A stretch of DNA of 64,000 nucleotides from Alphaproteobacteria bacterium. Its GTDB lineage: Bacteria; Pseudomonadota; Alphaproteobacteria; JASGCL01. The position numbers and the translations under genes are program-made. The notes below the pieces were generated by a model. The model was not told the DNA's origin. It searched no databases and saw nothing but the letters and a program-made list of their open reading frames with translations. How positions within the stretch are numbered: position 1 is the first letter of the stretch; each line of letters begins with the position of its first letter. This document shows positions 18,993 through 28,164 of this stretch, piece after piece. The stretch is from NCBI GenBank assembly GCA_965262775.1, contig CBDHFT010000006.1, positions 257,325 through 321,324 on the forward strand, given 5' to 3'.

Positions 18993-19820
18993 TTATTTCT
19001 TCAACTTATGTTGCTGCATGGGTTGTTGTAATCCACTTGATATTTCTTTTACTCTATTTAAGGCCAAAGAGGCAATGGTTTTTTTATTTGTGCCCTTGCT
19101 TGATTCTTGGCCAATGGTGCGCACAATGGCGGAGCCAACCACAATACCGTCAACATGGGTGTTGAGGGCCTCGGCCTCGCTGCTTGATGTTATACCAAAC
19201 CCAACCACCACGGGTAAGGAAGTATATTTTTTGATTGTTAGGATTTTATTTTTAACCTCGGCAATATCAATTTGGCGACTGCCCGTGATACCCAAAACCG
19301 AAACATAATATAAAAATCCGCTGGCGTGGTCGGTGATTTTTTTTATGCGTGCTTCATCACTGGTCGGGGTGAGGAGGCGGATAAGCGATAAGCCATGCTC
19401 CACCGCGGGCTGGCGCAATTCGGCATCTTCCTCAGGCGGCAGATCAACCACAATCAGCCCATCAACCCCATGCTTGGCACATTGGGTCAAAAAATTATCG
19501 ATACCGTAATGCAATATGGGGTTAAAATAACCCATCAATATAATGGGCGTGTGATTATTCTTGGCTCGAAATTTTTTTACCATGCCGAAAGTTTTTTCCA
19601 TGGTGTGATGTTGCGCCAACGCGCGGTGATACGATTCCTGAATAGCAAGCCCGTCGGCCACGGGGTCAGAAAACGGCATCCCCAATTCGATAATATCGGC
19701 ACCGTGGTCTGGCAATGCAAGAAAAATATCGGTCGAGGTTTCAAGGTCAGGGTCGCCCGCGGTGATGAAGGCAACAAAATTTGTTTTCTTACGGGAAAAT
19801 GTTTCGGCAATACGCGACAT
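18993..19820 (-). CDS. trpA: Tryptophan synthase alpha chain
   Basis: FITAGDPD and ELGMPFSDPVADG motifs are present in a 275-aa product. Confidence 0.93.
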   Translation of the reverse strand: MSRIAETFSRKKTNFVAFITAGDPDLETSTDIFLALPDHGADIIELGMPFSDPVADGLAIQESYHRALAQHHTMEKTFGMVKKFRAKNNHTPIILMGYFNPILHYGIDNFLTQCAKHGVDGLIVVDLPPEEDAELRQPAVEHGLSLIRLLTPTSDEARIKKITDHASGFLYYVSVLGITGSRQIDIAEVKNKILTIKKYTSLPVVVGFGITSSSEAEALNTHVDGIVVGSAIVRTIGQESSKGTNKKTIASLALNRVKEISSGLQQPMQQHKLKK

Positions 19821-19901
19821 GGTGGTTCTATATCATTATTCTGCTTATCGGCAAACTTTGCTTTTTTTATAAAATAATACCAAAAAAAATTTGTGGTGAT
19901 T

Positions 19902-21197
19902 TTATAACAACCGAAACACAGTCGGTTCGGTTAAAACAACATCCAGTTTTTTTATTTTGCTCAGGGCTTGCTCAACCGCATGACGGCTGGTGGGGTGGGT
20001 GATGATAACCACATGCACTGGCTTTTCATCGTTTTGATGCAATTTTTCTATCGAAATATTTTCGTCGCGTAAAATGGTGGAAAAATTTGCCAGCACCCCA
20101 ACCTTATCCGCGACATTGAGGCGTAGGTAAAAACGCGCCACATCATCGCCATGATTTTTTATTGGCAGGTTGTTCGATTGAATAACCGCGAAGGGACGGA
20201 TAAAAGGCAAAATATTTTTACCCATGTTGTTGCAAGCCGATATAACATCGGCCAACACGGCCGAGGCCGTGGGGTTGCCGCCCGCACCGCGCCCAATGAA
20301 GAGCAACGAGCCGCGGATGGGGCTTTCAATATTGATGGCGTTGAGGGCATCGCCCACCTTGGCCATGATACGATTTTTTTCTATCAACATCGGCTCCACC
20401 GCCAGGGTCATGCCATCGTTATTTTTTTTGGCGATGGCAAATAATTTGATAGAAAAATTAAACAAGGCCGCATAATGAATATCAATAAGTTCGATACCGC
20501 GGATACCACGGCAATAGATTTTATTCATATCGGGCAACACGCCAAAACTTAACATGGTTAAGATGGTCAATTTATGCAAGGCATCAACGCCATCGATGTC
20601 AAAGCTTGGGTCGGCTTCGGCATAGCCATTGGCTTGGGCGCGTTGCAAAACCTCCGCAAATGGTAATTTTTCTTTTTTCATGCTACTCAAAATATAATTG
20701 CACGTACCATTGACGATGCCGTAAAAACTATTGATGCTTAAAGACCGCAAAGAGTTTTTCAAAACATCGATAATCGGCACGCCGCCCATCACCGCTGCTT
20801 CAAAATATAATTGGCTGTTATTTTTTTCTATGGCGGGAACAAATTGACTGGCGCGTTCGGCCAACAATGCTTTGTTGGCGGTGACGATTGTTTTGCCTTT
20901 ATCAATGGCCAATTGCCAAATATTGGCCGCCACCCCGTCGACCCCACCGATAAGTTCAACCAAGGCATCGTAATCGCAATCGCGCACCATGTCTTCGGCG
21001 TTGCTAAAAAAGGGGTAGGCTGACATATCGGTCGCCCGCGCCTTTTCCTTGTTGCGGGCGGAAATGCCGACAATTTCTATCGGTCGCCCCGTTTGCGCCG
21101 TTATCTGCTCTGCTTCATCCTGCAACAATTTTACCAGGCTGTCCCCCACGGTGCCAAGCCCAGCAATGACGATACGAAATGGTGATGATTGCTTCAT
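19902..21197 (-). CDS. hom: Homoserine dehydrogenase
   Basis: It has an N-terminal Rossmann motif (IAGLGTVG), a catalytic region (NGTCNYILS) and a C-terminal ACT-like domain. Confidence 0.9.
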   Translation of the reverse strand: MKQSSPFRIVIAGLGTVGDSLVKLLQDEAEQITAQTGRPIEIVGISARNKEKARATDMSAYPFFSNAEDMVRDCDYDALVELIGGVDGVAANIWQLAIDKGKTIVTANKALLAERASQFVPAIEKNNSQLYFEAAVMGGVPIIDVLKNSLRSLSINSFYGIVNGTCNYILSSMKKEKLPFAEVLQRAQANGYAEADPSFDIDGVDALHKLTILTMLSFGVLPDMNKIYCRGIRGIELIDIHYAALFNFSIKLFAIAKKNNDGMTLAVEPMLIEKNRIMAKVGDALNAINIESPIRGSLLFIGRGAGGNPTASAVLADVISACNNMGKNILPFIRPFAVIQSNNLPIKNHGDDVARFYLRLNVADKVGVLANFSTILRDENISIEKLHQNDEKPVHVVIITHPTSRHAVEQALSKIKKLDVVLTEPTVFRLL

Positions 21198-21510
21198 GAA
21201 TAGAGTAGAATGATGATTGAGCCAGAGGTTATTTCTTTATATAGCAAAACGATAAAGAGCAAGTGTAAAAAAATCCACAAAAAAACTTGATGGTAGGTTT
21301 TATAAATTTTTATACTACAAGAAAAAATAGAAAGAAATAGCCCTTTAGCTTAAATAATAAAATAACATTCTCTATTTTTCAATTTATATGGTTTATATTA
21401 GAATATATTTTTTTATTTTGGATAATACGGGATAAATAATCTCTATCATTTCATTTCTGCTTGAAAGCTAAAATAAAAACCCCTATAAGAATTTTTAACA
21501 GGAATACACC

Positions 21511-22554
21511 ATGAGCGAAAAAATTACCACCGATGTATTGATAGTAGGGGCGGGGCCAGTTGGTCTTTTCGCGGTTTTTGAATTGGGTTTGCATGGGCTA
21601 CATTGCGATGTGGTTGATATTTTGGATCGCGCGGGCGGCCAATGCGCCGAACTTTATCCCGATAAACCCATCTATGATATTCCGGCCTTGCCCGTTGTCT
21701 CGGGGGCCGAATTAACCAACAATTTGTTAAAACAGATAGAACCATTCTCGCCGCGTTTTCATTTCCAGCAGATGGTGGAAAAATTAGAAAAAACTGAAAG
21801 CGGTTGGCGCGCCGTCACCGATATAGGCCAAGTTTTTGACGCCAAGATAATCGTCATCGCCGCGGGGGGTGGATCTTTTCAACCCAAAAAACCCAATATT
21901 GAATTGATAGAAAAATTTGAAGGCCGCGGCGTTGCCTACGCCGTGCGCGATATCAAAAAATATGACGGCAAAAGAATTTTGGTGGCGGGCGGCGGCGATT
22001 CGGCGTTGGATTGGACATGCAATTTGGTGGACCGCGCGGCGACTGTTGCCTTGGTGCATCGGCGGCGCGAATTTCGCGGCGCGCCAGCCTCGGTCAAAAA
22101 ACTGGAAAAGTTGATAGAAGATGGCAAGGTAACATTTTACCTTGGCAACCCCAGCAAATTATTGGGCGAAGAAAAATTAACGGGTGTGGTGATAGAAAAT
22201 GAAGGCCAAGAACAAACGGTGGCGGTTGATGATTTTTTACCTTTCTATGGGTTGAGCATGAAATTGGGCCCCCTGGCCAATTGGGGATTAGATTTGGGCA
22301 AAGGCGAAACCAACCCCGCCGATAAGAATTTGATATTGGTGGATACCGAGGCCTTCAGGACCAATTTGCCAGGCGTCTATGCGATTGGCGATATTAATTA
22401 TTATCCTGGGAAGTTAAAATTGATATTGTCAGGCTTTCACGAAGCTGCTTTAATGGCTATCGCAGCGAAAAAACTTTTGTCACCAGACGAAAGAGTTGGT
22501 ATGCAATACACAACATCTTCAACCAAGCTACAGCGTTTATTAAAGGTTATATAA
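21511..22554 (+). CDS. Thioredoxin-reductase-like ferredoxin-NADP(+) reductase
   Basis: Motifs VGAGPVGLFA, GGQCAELYPDKPIYDIP and AGGGDSALDW match the TrxR-like FNR family. The product is 347 aa. Confidence 0.8.
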   Translation: MSEKITTDVLIVGAGPVGLFAVFELGLHGLHCDVVDILDRAGGQCAELYPDKPIYDIPALPVVSGAELTNNLLKQIEPFSPRFHFQQMVEKLEKTESGWRAVTDIGQVFDAKIIVIAAGGGSFQPKKPNIELIEKFEGRGVAYAVRDIKKYDGKRILVAGGGDSALDWTCNLVDRAATVALVHRRREFRGAPASVKKLEKLIEDGKVTFYLGNPSKLLGEEKLTGVVIENEGQEQTVAVDDFLPFYGLSMKLGPLANWGLDLGKGETNPADKNLILVDTEAFRTNLPGVYAIGDINYYPGKLKLILSGFHEAALMAIAAKKLLSPDERVGMQYTTSSTKLQRLLKVI

Positions 22555-22568
22555 GGGGGGCAATATCC

Positions 22569-22901
22569 ATGTCGGTCAAAGTTAAAGTTAAAAATTATAA
22601 AACGGGCGAAGTGAGCGAGATTGAGGCGCCGCTTGGTTACCAATTGATGGAGGTTATTCGCGATAACGACCTGCCTATCCTTGCCGATTGCGGGGGGGCT
22701 TTGGCCTGCGCAACATGCCATGTTAGGGTGGACGATAATTGGGTCGATAAATTACCCGCGCCGCGCGATGATGAGAAAGACATGCTTGATATGGTATCGG
22801 CGGCGGAAAAAACCTCGCGCCTATCTTGCCAAATTATTATCACCCAAGATTTGGATGGTTTGGAAGTATCGCTAACCCCCGAATCATTACGCCAAACTTA
22901 A
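22569..22901 (+). CDS. 2Fe-2S ferredoxin (adrenodoxin/putidaredoxin type)
   Basis: The cluster ligands are in CGGALACATCHV plus the downstream SRLSCQI. The product is 110 aa. Confidence 0.88.
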   Translation: MSVKVKVKNYKTGEVSEIEAPLGYQLMEVIRDNDLPILADCGGALACATCHVRVDDNWVDKLPAPRDDEKDMLDMVSAAEKTSRLSCQIIITQDLDGLEVSLTPESLRQT

Positions 22902-22919
22902 CAAAAATATATTAAAAAA

Positions 22920-24077
22920 ATGTATAGTTTCCCCATCTTCCTCAATTTGGATTCTGCCGTGCCCTTGGTAATAGGCGAGGGGCATTTGGCGGTGGCGAAG
23001 GTGCGCACATTGTTGTTGCGGGCCGCGCGGGTCGATGTGATGGCGAATCATTTGCCCGCCGAATTACAAAAATTTGCCAGCACTGGCAAAATACGCCAAT
23101 TGCCCATGGTATCAATGGCGTCAAGCAAGGCTGGGCGAATCCAAAAAGAAAAAATGGAGAAGGAAATGTGGACAAAAATATTGGCGGGCCGTCCCCTGGT
23201 GGTGATTGACCCGCAATTGGATGATATTATCGAAAAACTCTACCCCCTATGTTTAGAACTTGGCTTGCCCATCAATGTCGCCGACAATATTGCCAAGAGC
23301 AGTTTTTCTTTTGGCGCGATGGTCGACAGAAGGCCCCTCACCGTGGCCATTGCGACCGATGGTATCGTGCCAGTCTTGGCAACCAATATCAGGGAAAAAT
23401 TGGAGCAAGCCATTCCGTCCGAAGTGGGAGAATTGATGGGCCTGGCACGGCAATATCGCGCGCGCGTGAACGAAGCATTGCCCATGGGTTTGAAACGCCG
23501 TTTATTTTGGCAACATTTTTTGCAGGGGGAGGTAGCCAGCCTCATCCGTGCTGGTGATAAAAATGCGGTGCAGGGTGCGGTGGAAAAATTGTTGGCGTCA
23601 ATCGTTGCCAACAAACACCCCGATGTTATCTACCGCAACAATTTGTTCTTGCTTGGCTTAAAATGTGACGAGCAAGTTGATAACCTATCCCTGGCTATGT
23701 TGCGCGCTATCAAAAATGCCGACAGCCTGTTTGTCTTGGGGGAGGCTGATATTTTTTCTGAAATATTAAGCCTAGCGCGGCGCGAGGTTGTGATTAAAAA
23801 AATATCAAAACAAGATTTTGACAAAGATGGCACGAAACACCACCAAGCCATTACCGCCCATTTGGCGGCGGGGGAATCGGTGGTTATGTTGACAGAATTT
23901 TCGCACTACGCGGCCTGCAAATCCATGTTGCAGGGCAACGGCATTCATGTTCACGGTTTTTATACGCAATATGCCGTGGATAATAATGATGAGGTTGCGT
24001 CACCACAACATCACGAAGAAAAAATATGGCATAACAAACCGCGTGCCACGGATAATAAAAAAAATATTAATCAATAA
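22920..24077 (+). CDS. Siroheme-synthase-like protein: CysG N-terminal dehydrogenase/ferrochelatase module plus a short, apparently degenerate C-terminal region
   Basis: The N-terminus FPIFLNLDSAVPLVIGEGHLAVAKVRTLL is typical of the precorrin-2 dehydrogenase/ferrochelatase module. The C-terminal ~150 aa reads LFLLGLKCDEQVDNLSLAMLRAIKNADSLFVLGE where a methylase would have GAGPGDP...ADVV.YD. Confidence 0.65.
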   Translation: MYSFPIFLNLDSAVPLVIGEGHLAVAKVRTLLLRAARVDVMANHLPAELQKFASTGKIRQLPMVSMASSKAGRIQKEKMEKEMWTKILAGRPLVVIDPQLDDIIEKLYPLCLELGLPINVADNIAKSSFSFGAMVDRRPLTVAIATDGIVPVLATNIREKLEQAIPSEVGELMGLARQYRARVNEALPMGLKRRLFWQHFLQGEVASLIRAGDKNAVQGAVEKLLASIVANKHPDVIYRNNLFLLGLKCDEQVDNLSLAMLRAIKNADSLFVLGEADIFSEILSLARREVVIKKISKQDFDKDGTKHHQAITAHLAAGESVVMLTEFSHYAACKSMLQGNGIHVHGFYTQYAVDNNDEVASPQHHEEKIWHNKPRATDNKKNINQ

Positions 24078-24083
24078 AAAAAC

Positions 24084-24392
24084 ATGAGTGAAAACAGCAA
24101 CATCATTACCGCCAATCGTCTTGACGATGGCATTGTCGTCTATTTCCTGGCGCAGGGCAAATGGGTCGAAGATATTCAGCAAGCCAAACCCATAGCCGAT
24201 GCGGATATAGAAGCAGTCATGACCGAAGCAAAAAAAGATTCCAAAGCTCGCTTGGTGGTGAGTATTTATCACTTCCCCGTCAACCTACAGGGCGGTAAAA
24301 TTATTACCCTATCGGCCAAGGAAGAGATTCGCGCCCTGCATAAACCAACCATTGGTCCTTCCTCGGGCACATCCTCGGGGCGCGCCGCCTAA
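24084..24392 (+). CDS. DUF2849-family protein
   Basis: The 102-aa product contains ITANRLDDGIVVYF. It occupies the position between the cysG-like gene and cysI that I recall as typical for alphaproteobacteria. Confidence 0.6.
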   Translation: MSENSNIITANRLDDGIVVYFLAQGKWVEDIQQAKPIADADIEAVMTEAKKDSKARLVVSIYHFPVNLQGGKIITLSAKEEIRALHKPTIGPSSGTSSGRAA

Positions 24393-24419
24393 AAAAAAAT
24401 AAAATAGGAAAATAATACA

Positions 24420-26090
24420 ATGTATCAATATCAAGCCGAAGATAAAAATTTTTTAAGCCAACGGGTTGCTGAGTTTCGTTGGCAAGTGGGTCGCCGTTTG
24501 GCGGGCGATTTGAGCGAAGATGAATTTCGCCCGTTACGTTTGATGAATGGTTTGTATTTGCAATTGCATGCCTACATGTTGCGGGTTGCCATACCTTACG
24601 GCGTGTTGTCGTCGGCGCAATTGCGGCAATTGGGAATGATAGCCAAAAAATATGACAGGGGTTTTGGCCATTTCACCACCAGGCAAAATATCCAATATAA
24701 TTGGATACGTTTGGTCGACACGCCTGATATTTTGGCCGACCTGGCCAAGGTTGATATGCACGCCATTCAAACCAGCGGTAATTGCGTGCGCAATGTCACC
24801 ACCGACCCCTTCGCGGGGGCGGCGGCGGATGAATATGAAGACCCGCGTCCTTGGGCCGAAATTATGCGCCAATGGTCGACCCTGCACCCCGAATTTGTTT
24901 TCTTGCCACGTAAATTTAAGATAGCTATCACGGGCGCGAAGGAAGACCGTGCCGCCATAGCATTTCATGACGTGGGTATAAGGCTTATCCCCAACCCCGC
25001 CGACAAAAATGAAATTGGTTTTCAAATGTTGGCGGGCGGCGGGCAAGGCCGCACACCGTTTGTGGCGAAGGTGGTGCGCGATTTCTTGCCGAAAAAATAC
25101 CTCCTAAGTTATTTGGACGCGATGTTACGGGTTTACAATTTGTATGGGCGGCGCGATAATTTATACAAAGCGCGTATAAAAATTTTGGTGCATGAATGGG
25201 GCGTGGAAAAATATCGCGCCGCGGTCGAAGCCGAATGGGAAAAAATCAAAGACAAAAGTTTTGACCTTGACGAAAAAATTAAAAATAGAATCTTAGAAGA
25301 TTTTGTTCTTAAACTGCCGCCAGTTCAAAACAAAGGTTTTTCCGACAATGACCTTGCACAACAAATGGCATCGGATAAAAATTTTGCTGGCTGGGTGCGC
25401 GCCAATGTGGATAATCACAAAAACCCCGATTACAAATTGGTCACCATCGTGCTGAAGGATGACAAGCGGATGCCAGGCGACGCGACCGACAAAGAAATGG
25501 CGTTGATAGCCGATATGGCCGATGAATTTTCGCGGGGCGAAGTTCGCGTTACCTACATCCAAAACCTGGTGCTGCCGCATGTTGAAAAATCGCAACTCTA
25601 TAAATTGTTTCAAGCCCTTGATGCCCATCAACTGGCCGATGGTCGCAAAGACATGGCGTCCGACGTCATCTGTTGCCCAGGTTTGGATTATTGCAGTTTG
25701 GCCAATGCACGTTCCCTGCCCATCGCCATGGATATTATCAAAACCTTCGCCAAAACAACCGAAGAAGATGCCTTGGGCAAGGTGAGGATTAACATGTCGG
25801 GGTGCATTAATGCTTGCGGTCATCACCACGCGGGGCATATTGGTATTTTGGGTGTGGATAAAAAGGGGGTGGAAGCCTACCAAATTTCTATCGGTGGCAA
25901 CCCCACCGACGATGCCGCCATAGGACAGGTTTTGGGGCGCGCCGTTTCGGCCGAAGATATTCCCGCCGCCTTGCAAAGTTTTGCCGCGGTTTATCAGACC
26001 AACAAACAAAACAATGAAACATTTTTTGAAACCGTAACCAGGATAGGGGTTGAAAAATTTAAAGCCGCCCTGCAGGAGGAAAAAAAATAA
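24420..26090 (+). CDS. cysI: Sulfite reductase hemoprotein (nitrite/sulfite reductase family, siroheme-4Fe4S)
   Basis: The 556-aa product has Cys cluster motifs CPGLDYCSLA and SGCINACGHHH. Confidence 0.9.
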   Translation: MYQYQAEDKNFLSQRVAEFRWQVGRRLAGDLSEDEFRPLRLMNGLYLQLHAYMLRVAIPYGVLSSAQLRQLGMIAKKYDRGFGHFTTRQNIQYNWIRLVDTPDILADLAKVDMHAIQTSGNCVRNVTTDPFAGAAADEYEDPRPWAEIMRQWSTLHPEFVFLPRKFKIAITGAKEDRAAIAFHDVGIRLIPNPADKNEIGFQMLAGGGQGRTPFVAKVVRDFLPKKYLLSYLDAMLRVYNLYGRRDNLYKARIKILVHEWGVEKYRAAVEAEWEKIKDKSFDLDEKIKNRILEDFVLKLPPVQNKGFSDNDLAQQMASDKNFAGWVRANVDNHKNPDYKLVTIVLKDDKRMPGDATDKEMALIADMADEFSRGEVRVTYIQNLVLPHVEKSQLYKLFQALDAHQLADGRKDMASDVICCPGLDYCSLANARSLPIAMDIIKTFAKTTEEDALGKVRINMSGCINACGHHHAGHIGILGVDKKGVEAYQISIGGNPTDDAAIGQVLGRAVSAEDIPAALQSFAAVYQTNKQNNETFFETVTRIGVEKFKAALQEEKK

Positions 26091-26449
26091 TGTGGATAGA
26101 TTTACAACAGGGCAAGGCGGTTGACCCCATGGCGGTGACGGCTAGCTTCACCACCGACAAAACGATAGATGAGGTTGCTACCCAGATTCATAACTTGGCG
26201 CCATCGGCCATGGTGGCGATAGAGTTTTTACAATTTCGTGATGGTCGCGGTTTTTCCTTGGGCCATTTGCTCAGGCGGGAATTTGGTTTTAAGGGAACAT
26301 TGGTTGCGGTGGGCAATTTGCTGCCAGACCAGGCGCAATTTTTACATCGTTCGGGATTCGATATGGCGGCTATTGGTGAAAAAAAAATAGGTGATTGGCA
26401 AGCGGCCATCAAAAATTTTTCTGTTTTTTATCAAACCGCCATTCGTTAA
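26090..26449 (+). CDS. DUF934-family protein
   Basis: The 119-aa ORF overlaps the cysI stop. A DUF934 gene typically follows cysI in proteobacteria. Confidence 0.55.
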   Translation: MWIDLQQGKAVDPMAVTASFTTDKTIDEVATQIHNLAPSAMVAIEFLQFRDGRGFSLGHLLRREFGFKGTLVAVGNLLPDQAQFLHRSGFDMAAIGEKKIGDWQAAIKNFSVFYQTAIR

Positions 26450-26452
26450 TGT

Positions 26453-27232
26453 TTGCAAAGATATAAGGTAAAGGGCATGACAACAGCACATTCTATCGGC
26501 CAGCAAAAAAATTTTTTGTGGCAAAAACCAATTGGTAAAATATCTGAAGATAAAGTAAATATTTTATCGGCGCGCCTGCGCGAGATTGCTCGACAAGATG
26601 GTGTAAAAAAAATTGCCAACAGCCTGTCAGCGGAAGACATGGTGATATTGCACCATTGGCACCAAGAATTACAATTACGCACGGGCGATTTTTTTATGCT
26701 GGAGACAGGACGCCTGCACCAAGCAACCTTGGATTATTTGGCGGCGGTTGAGGGCGACTATGGTATAGAAATTTTTAGGGTTTTGCCCGACGGTGATGAC
26801 GTAGCAAACATGGTGGCGCAATATGGGTTGAATGGGTTTTATGATTCGGTGGCGGCGCGCAAAGCATGTTGCGGCGTGCGCAAGGTTGCACCGTTAAAAA
26901 AAATATTATCAGGGGCAACATTGTGGGCGACAGGGCAAAGACAGGGCCAGGGCGTCACCCGCAGCGACATAGCATTTGAAGAAAACGACGATACCTTTGG
27001 TTTGAAAAAATACAACCCGATTTTCGATTGGAGCGAGGCAGAAGTTTTTGGTTACCTCGCCCAATATGGCGTCAGGCTGCACCCACTGTATGACAAGGGT
27101 TATGCGTCGATAGGGTGCGAGCCATGCAGTCGCGCCATCAAAGCAACCGAGGATGTAAGGGCGGGGCGTTGGTGGTGGGAATCGGCCGACAACAAAGAAT
27201 GCGGCATCAATGAAATAAATATAAAAAAATAA
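26453..27232 (+). CDS. cysH: Adenylyl-sulfate (APS)/PAPS reductase, thioredoxin-dependent, Fe-S cluster type
   Basis: It has the Cys pairs KACCGVRKVAPL and IGCEPCS plus a C-terminal ECGI. The CC...CxxC pairs are the hallmark of APS-preferring bacterial and plant-type enzymes. The start could also be the ATG at 26477. Confidence 0.88.
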   Translation: MQRYKVKGMTTAHSIGQQKNFLWQKPIGKISEDKVNILSARLREIARQDGVKKIANSLSAEDMVILHHWHQELQLRTGDFFMLETGRLHQATLDYLAAVEGDYGIEIFRVLPDGDDVANMVAQYGLNGFYDSVAARKACCGVRKVAPLKKILSGATLWATGQRQGQGVTRSDIAFEENDDTFGLKKYNPIFDWSEAEVFGYLAQYGVRLHPLYDKGYASIGCEPCSRAIKATEDVRAGRWWWESADNKECGINEINIKK

Positions 27233-27233
27233 T

Positions 27234-28163
27234 ATGTTAGATAAAAATAATCCCCATTTGGATGCGTTGGAGCGCGAGGCATTGTATGTTATTCGCGAAG
27301 TCATTGCCAGCAGTGAAGCCATGGGGCGACGCGCCGCGGTGTTGTTTTCGGGCGGTAAAGATTCGATGGTGTTGTTGCATTTGGCATGGAAAGCATTTCA
27401 TATTGCGGGGATAAAATTACCCTTGCCATTTGACGCGGTGCATATCGACACGGGGCATAATTATGCCGAGGTTTTAACCTTTCGTGATGAGGTTGCCAAA
27501 CATTACGGCGTCAACATGATAATTGGCGAGGTAGAAGATTCGATTCAAAAAGGTTCGGTTAAATTGGCCAACGCAACGGCGTCGCGCAATTCGGCGCAAT
27601 CGGTGACATTGTTAGAAACGATTGAGCAGCATCGCTGGGTGGCGTTGATGGGCGGGGCGCGGCGCGACGAAGAACGGGCGCGTGCCAAGGAACGGTTTTT
27701 TTCGATTCGCGATGAATTTGGCGGCTGGAATCCCAAAGACCAACGCCCTGAATTATGGTCGCTTTACAATACCCATATCAGGGATGGCGAGCATTTGCGT
27801 GTTTTTCCTATATCCAATTTTACCGAACTTGATGTTTGGGAATATATCGGGCGCGAAAAATTACCCTTGCCGCCGATTTATTTTGCGCATCGGCGCGACG
27901 TGGTGCGGCGTGGTGATACCATTATTCCCGTCAATGACCTGATGCCCGCGCGCCCGGGGGAGGTGTTAGAAAATCTGTCGGTAAGGTTTCGCACCGTGGG
28001 GGACCGCAGTGTTACCTGCCCCGTGTTGAGCGACGCCGACACCATAGAAAAAATTATTTTTGAAACATTGGGCACCACCATTTCGGAACGTGCCGCCACC
28101 CGTATGGACGACCGTGCCACGGTGGGTGCCATGGAAAAAAGAAAAAGAGAAGGATATTTTTAA
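27234..28163 (+). CDS. cysD: Sulfate adenylyltransferase subunit 2
   Basis: The PP-loop VLFSGGKDS is present, and the protein ends in KREGYF as CysD proteins do. Confidence 0.95.
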   Translation: MLDKNNPHLDALEREALYVIREVIASSEAMGRRAAVLFSGGKDSMVLLHLAWKAFHIAGIKLPLPFDAVHIDTGHNYAEVLTFRDEVAKHYGVNMIIGEVEDSIQKGSVKLANATASRNSAQSVTLLETIEQHRWVALMGGARRDEERARAKERFFSIRDEFGGWNPKDQRPELWSLYNTHIRDGEHLRVFPISNFTELDVWEYIGREKLPLPPIYFAHRRDVVRRGDTIIPVNDLMPARPGEVLENLSVRFRTVGDRSVTCPVLSDADTIEKIIFETLGTTISERAATRMDDRATVGAMEKRKREGYF

Positions 28164-28164
28164 G

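Noticed and set aside
28060-28164. The track extends the FkbM-like ORF upstream to 28060.
   Set aside because: This segment lies inside cysD in another frame, and cysD is intact to its normal ...KREGYF end. The ATG at 28165, 1 nt after the cysD stop, is the sensible start.
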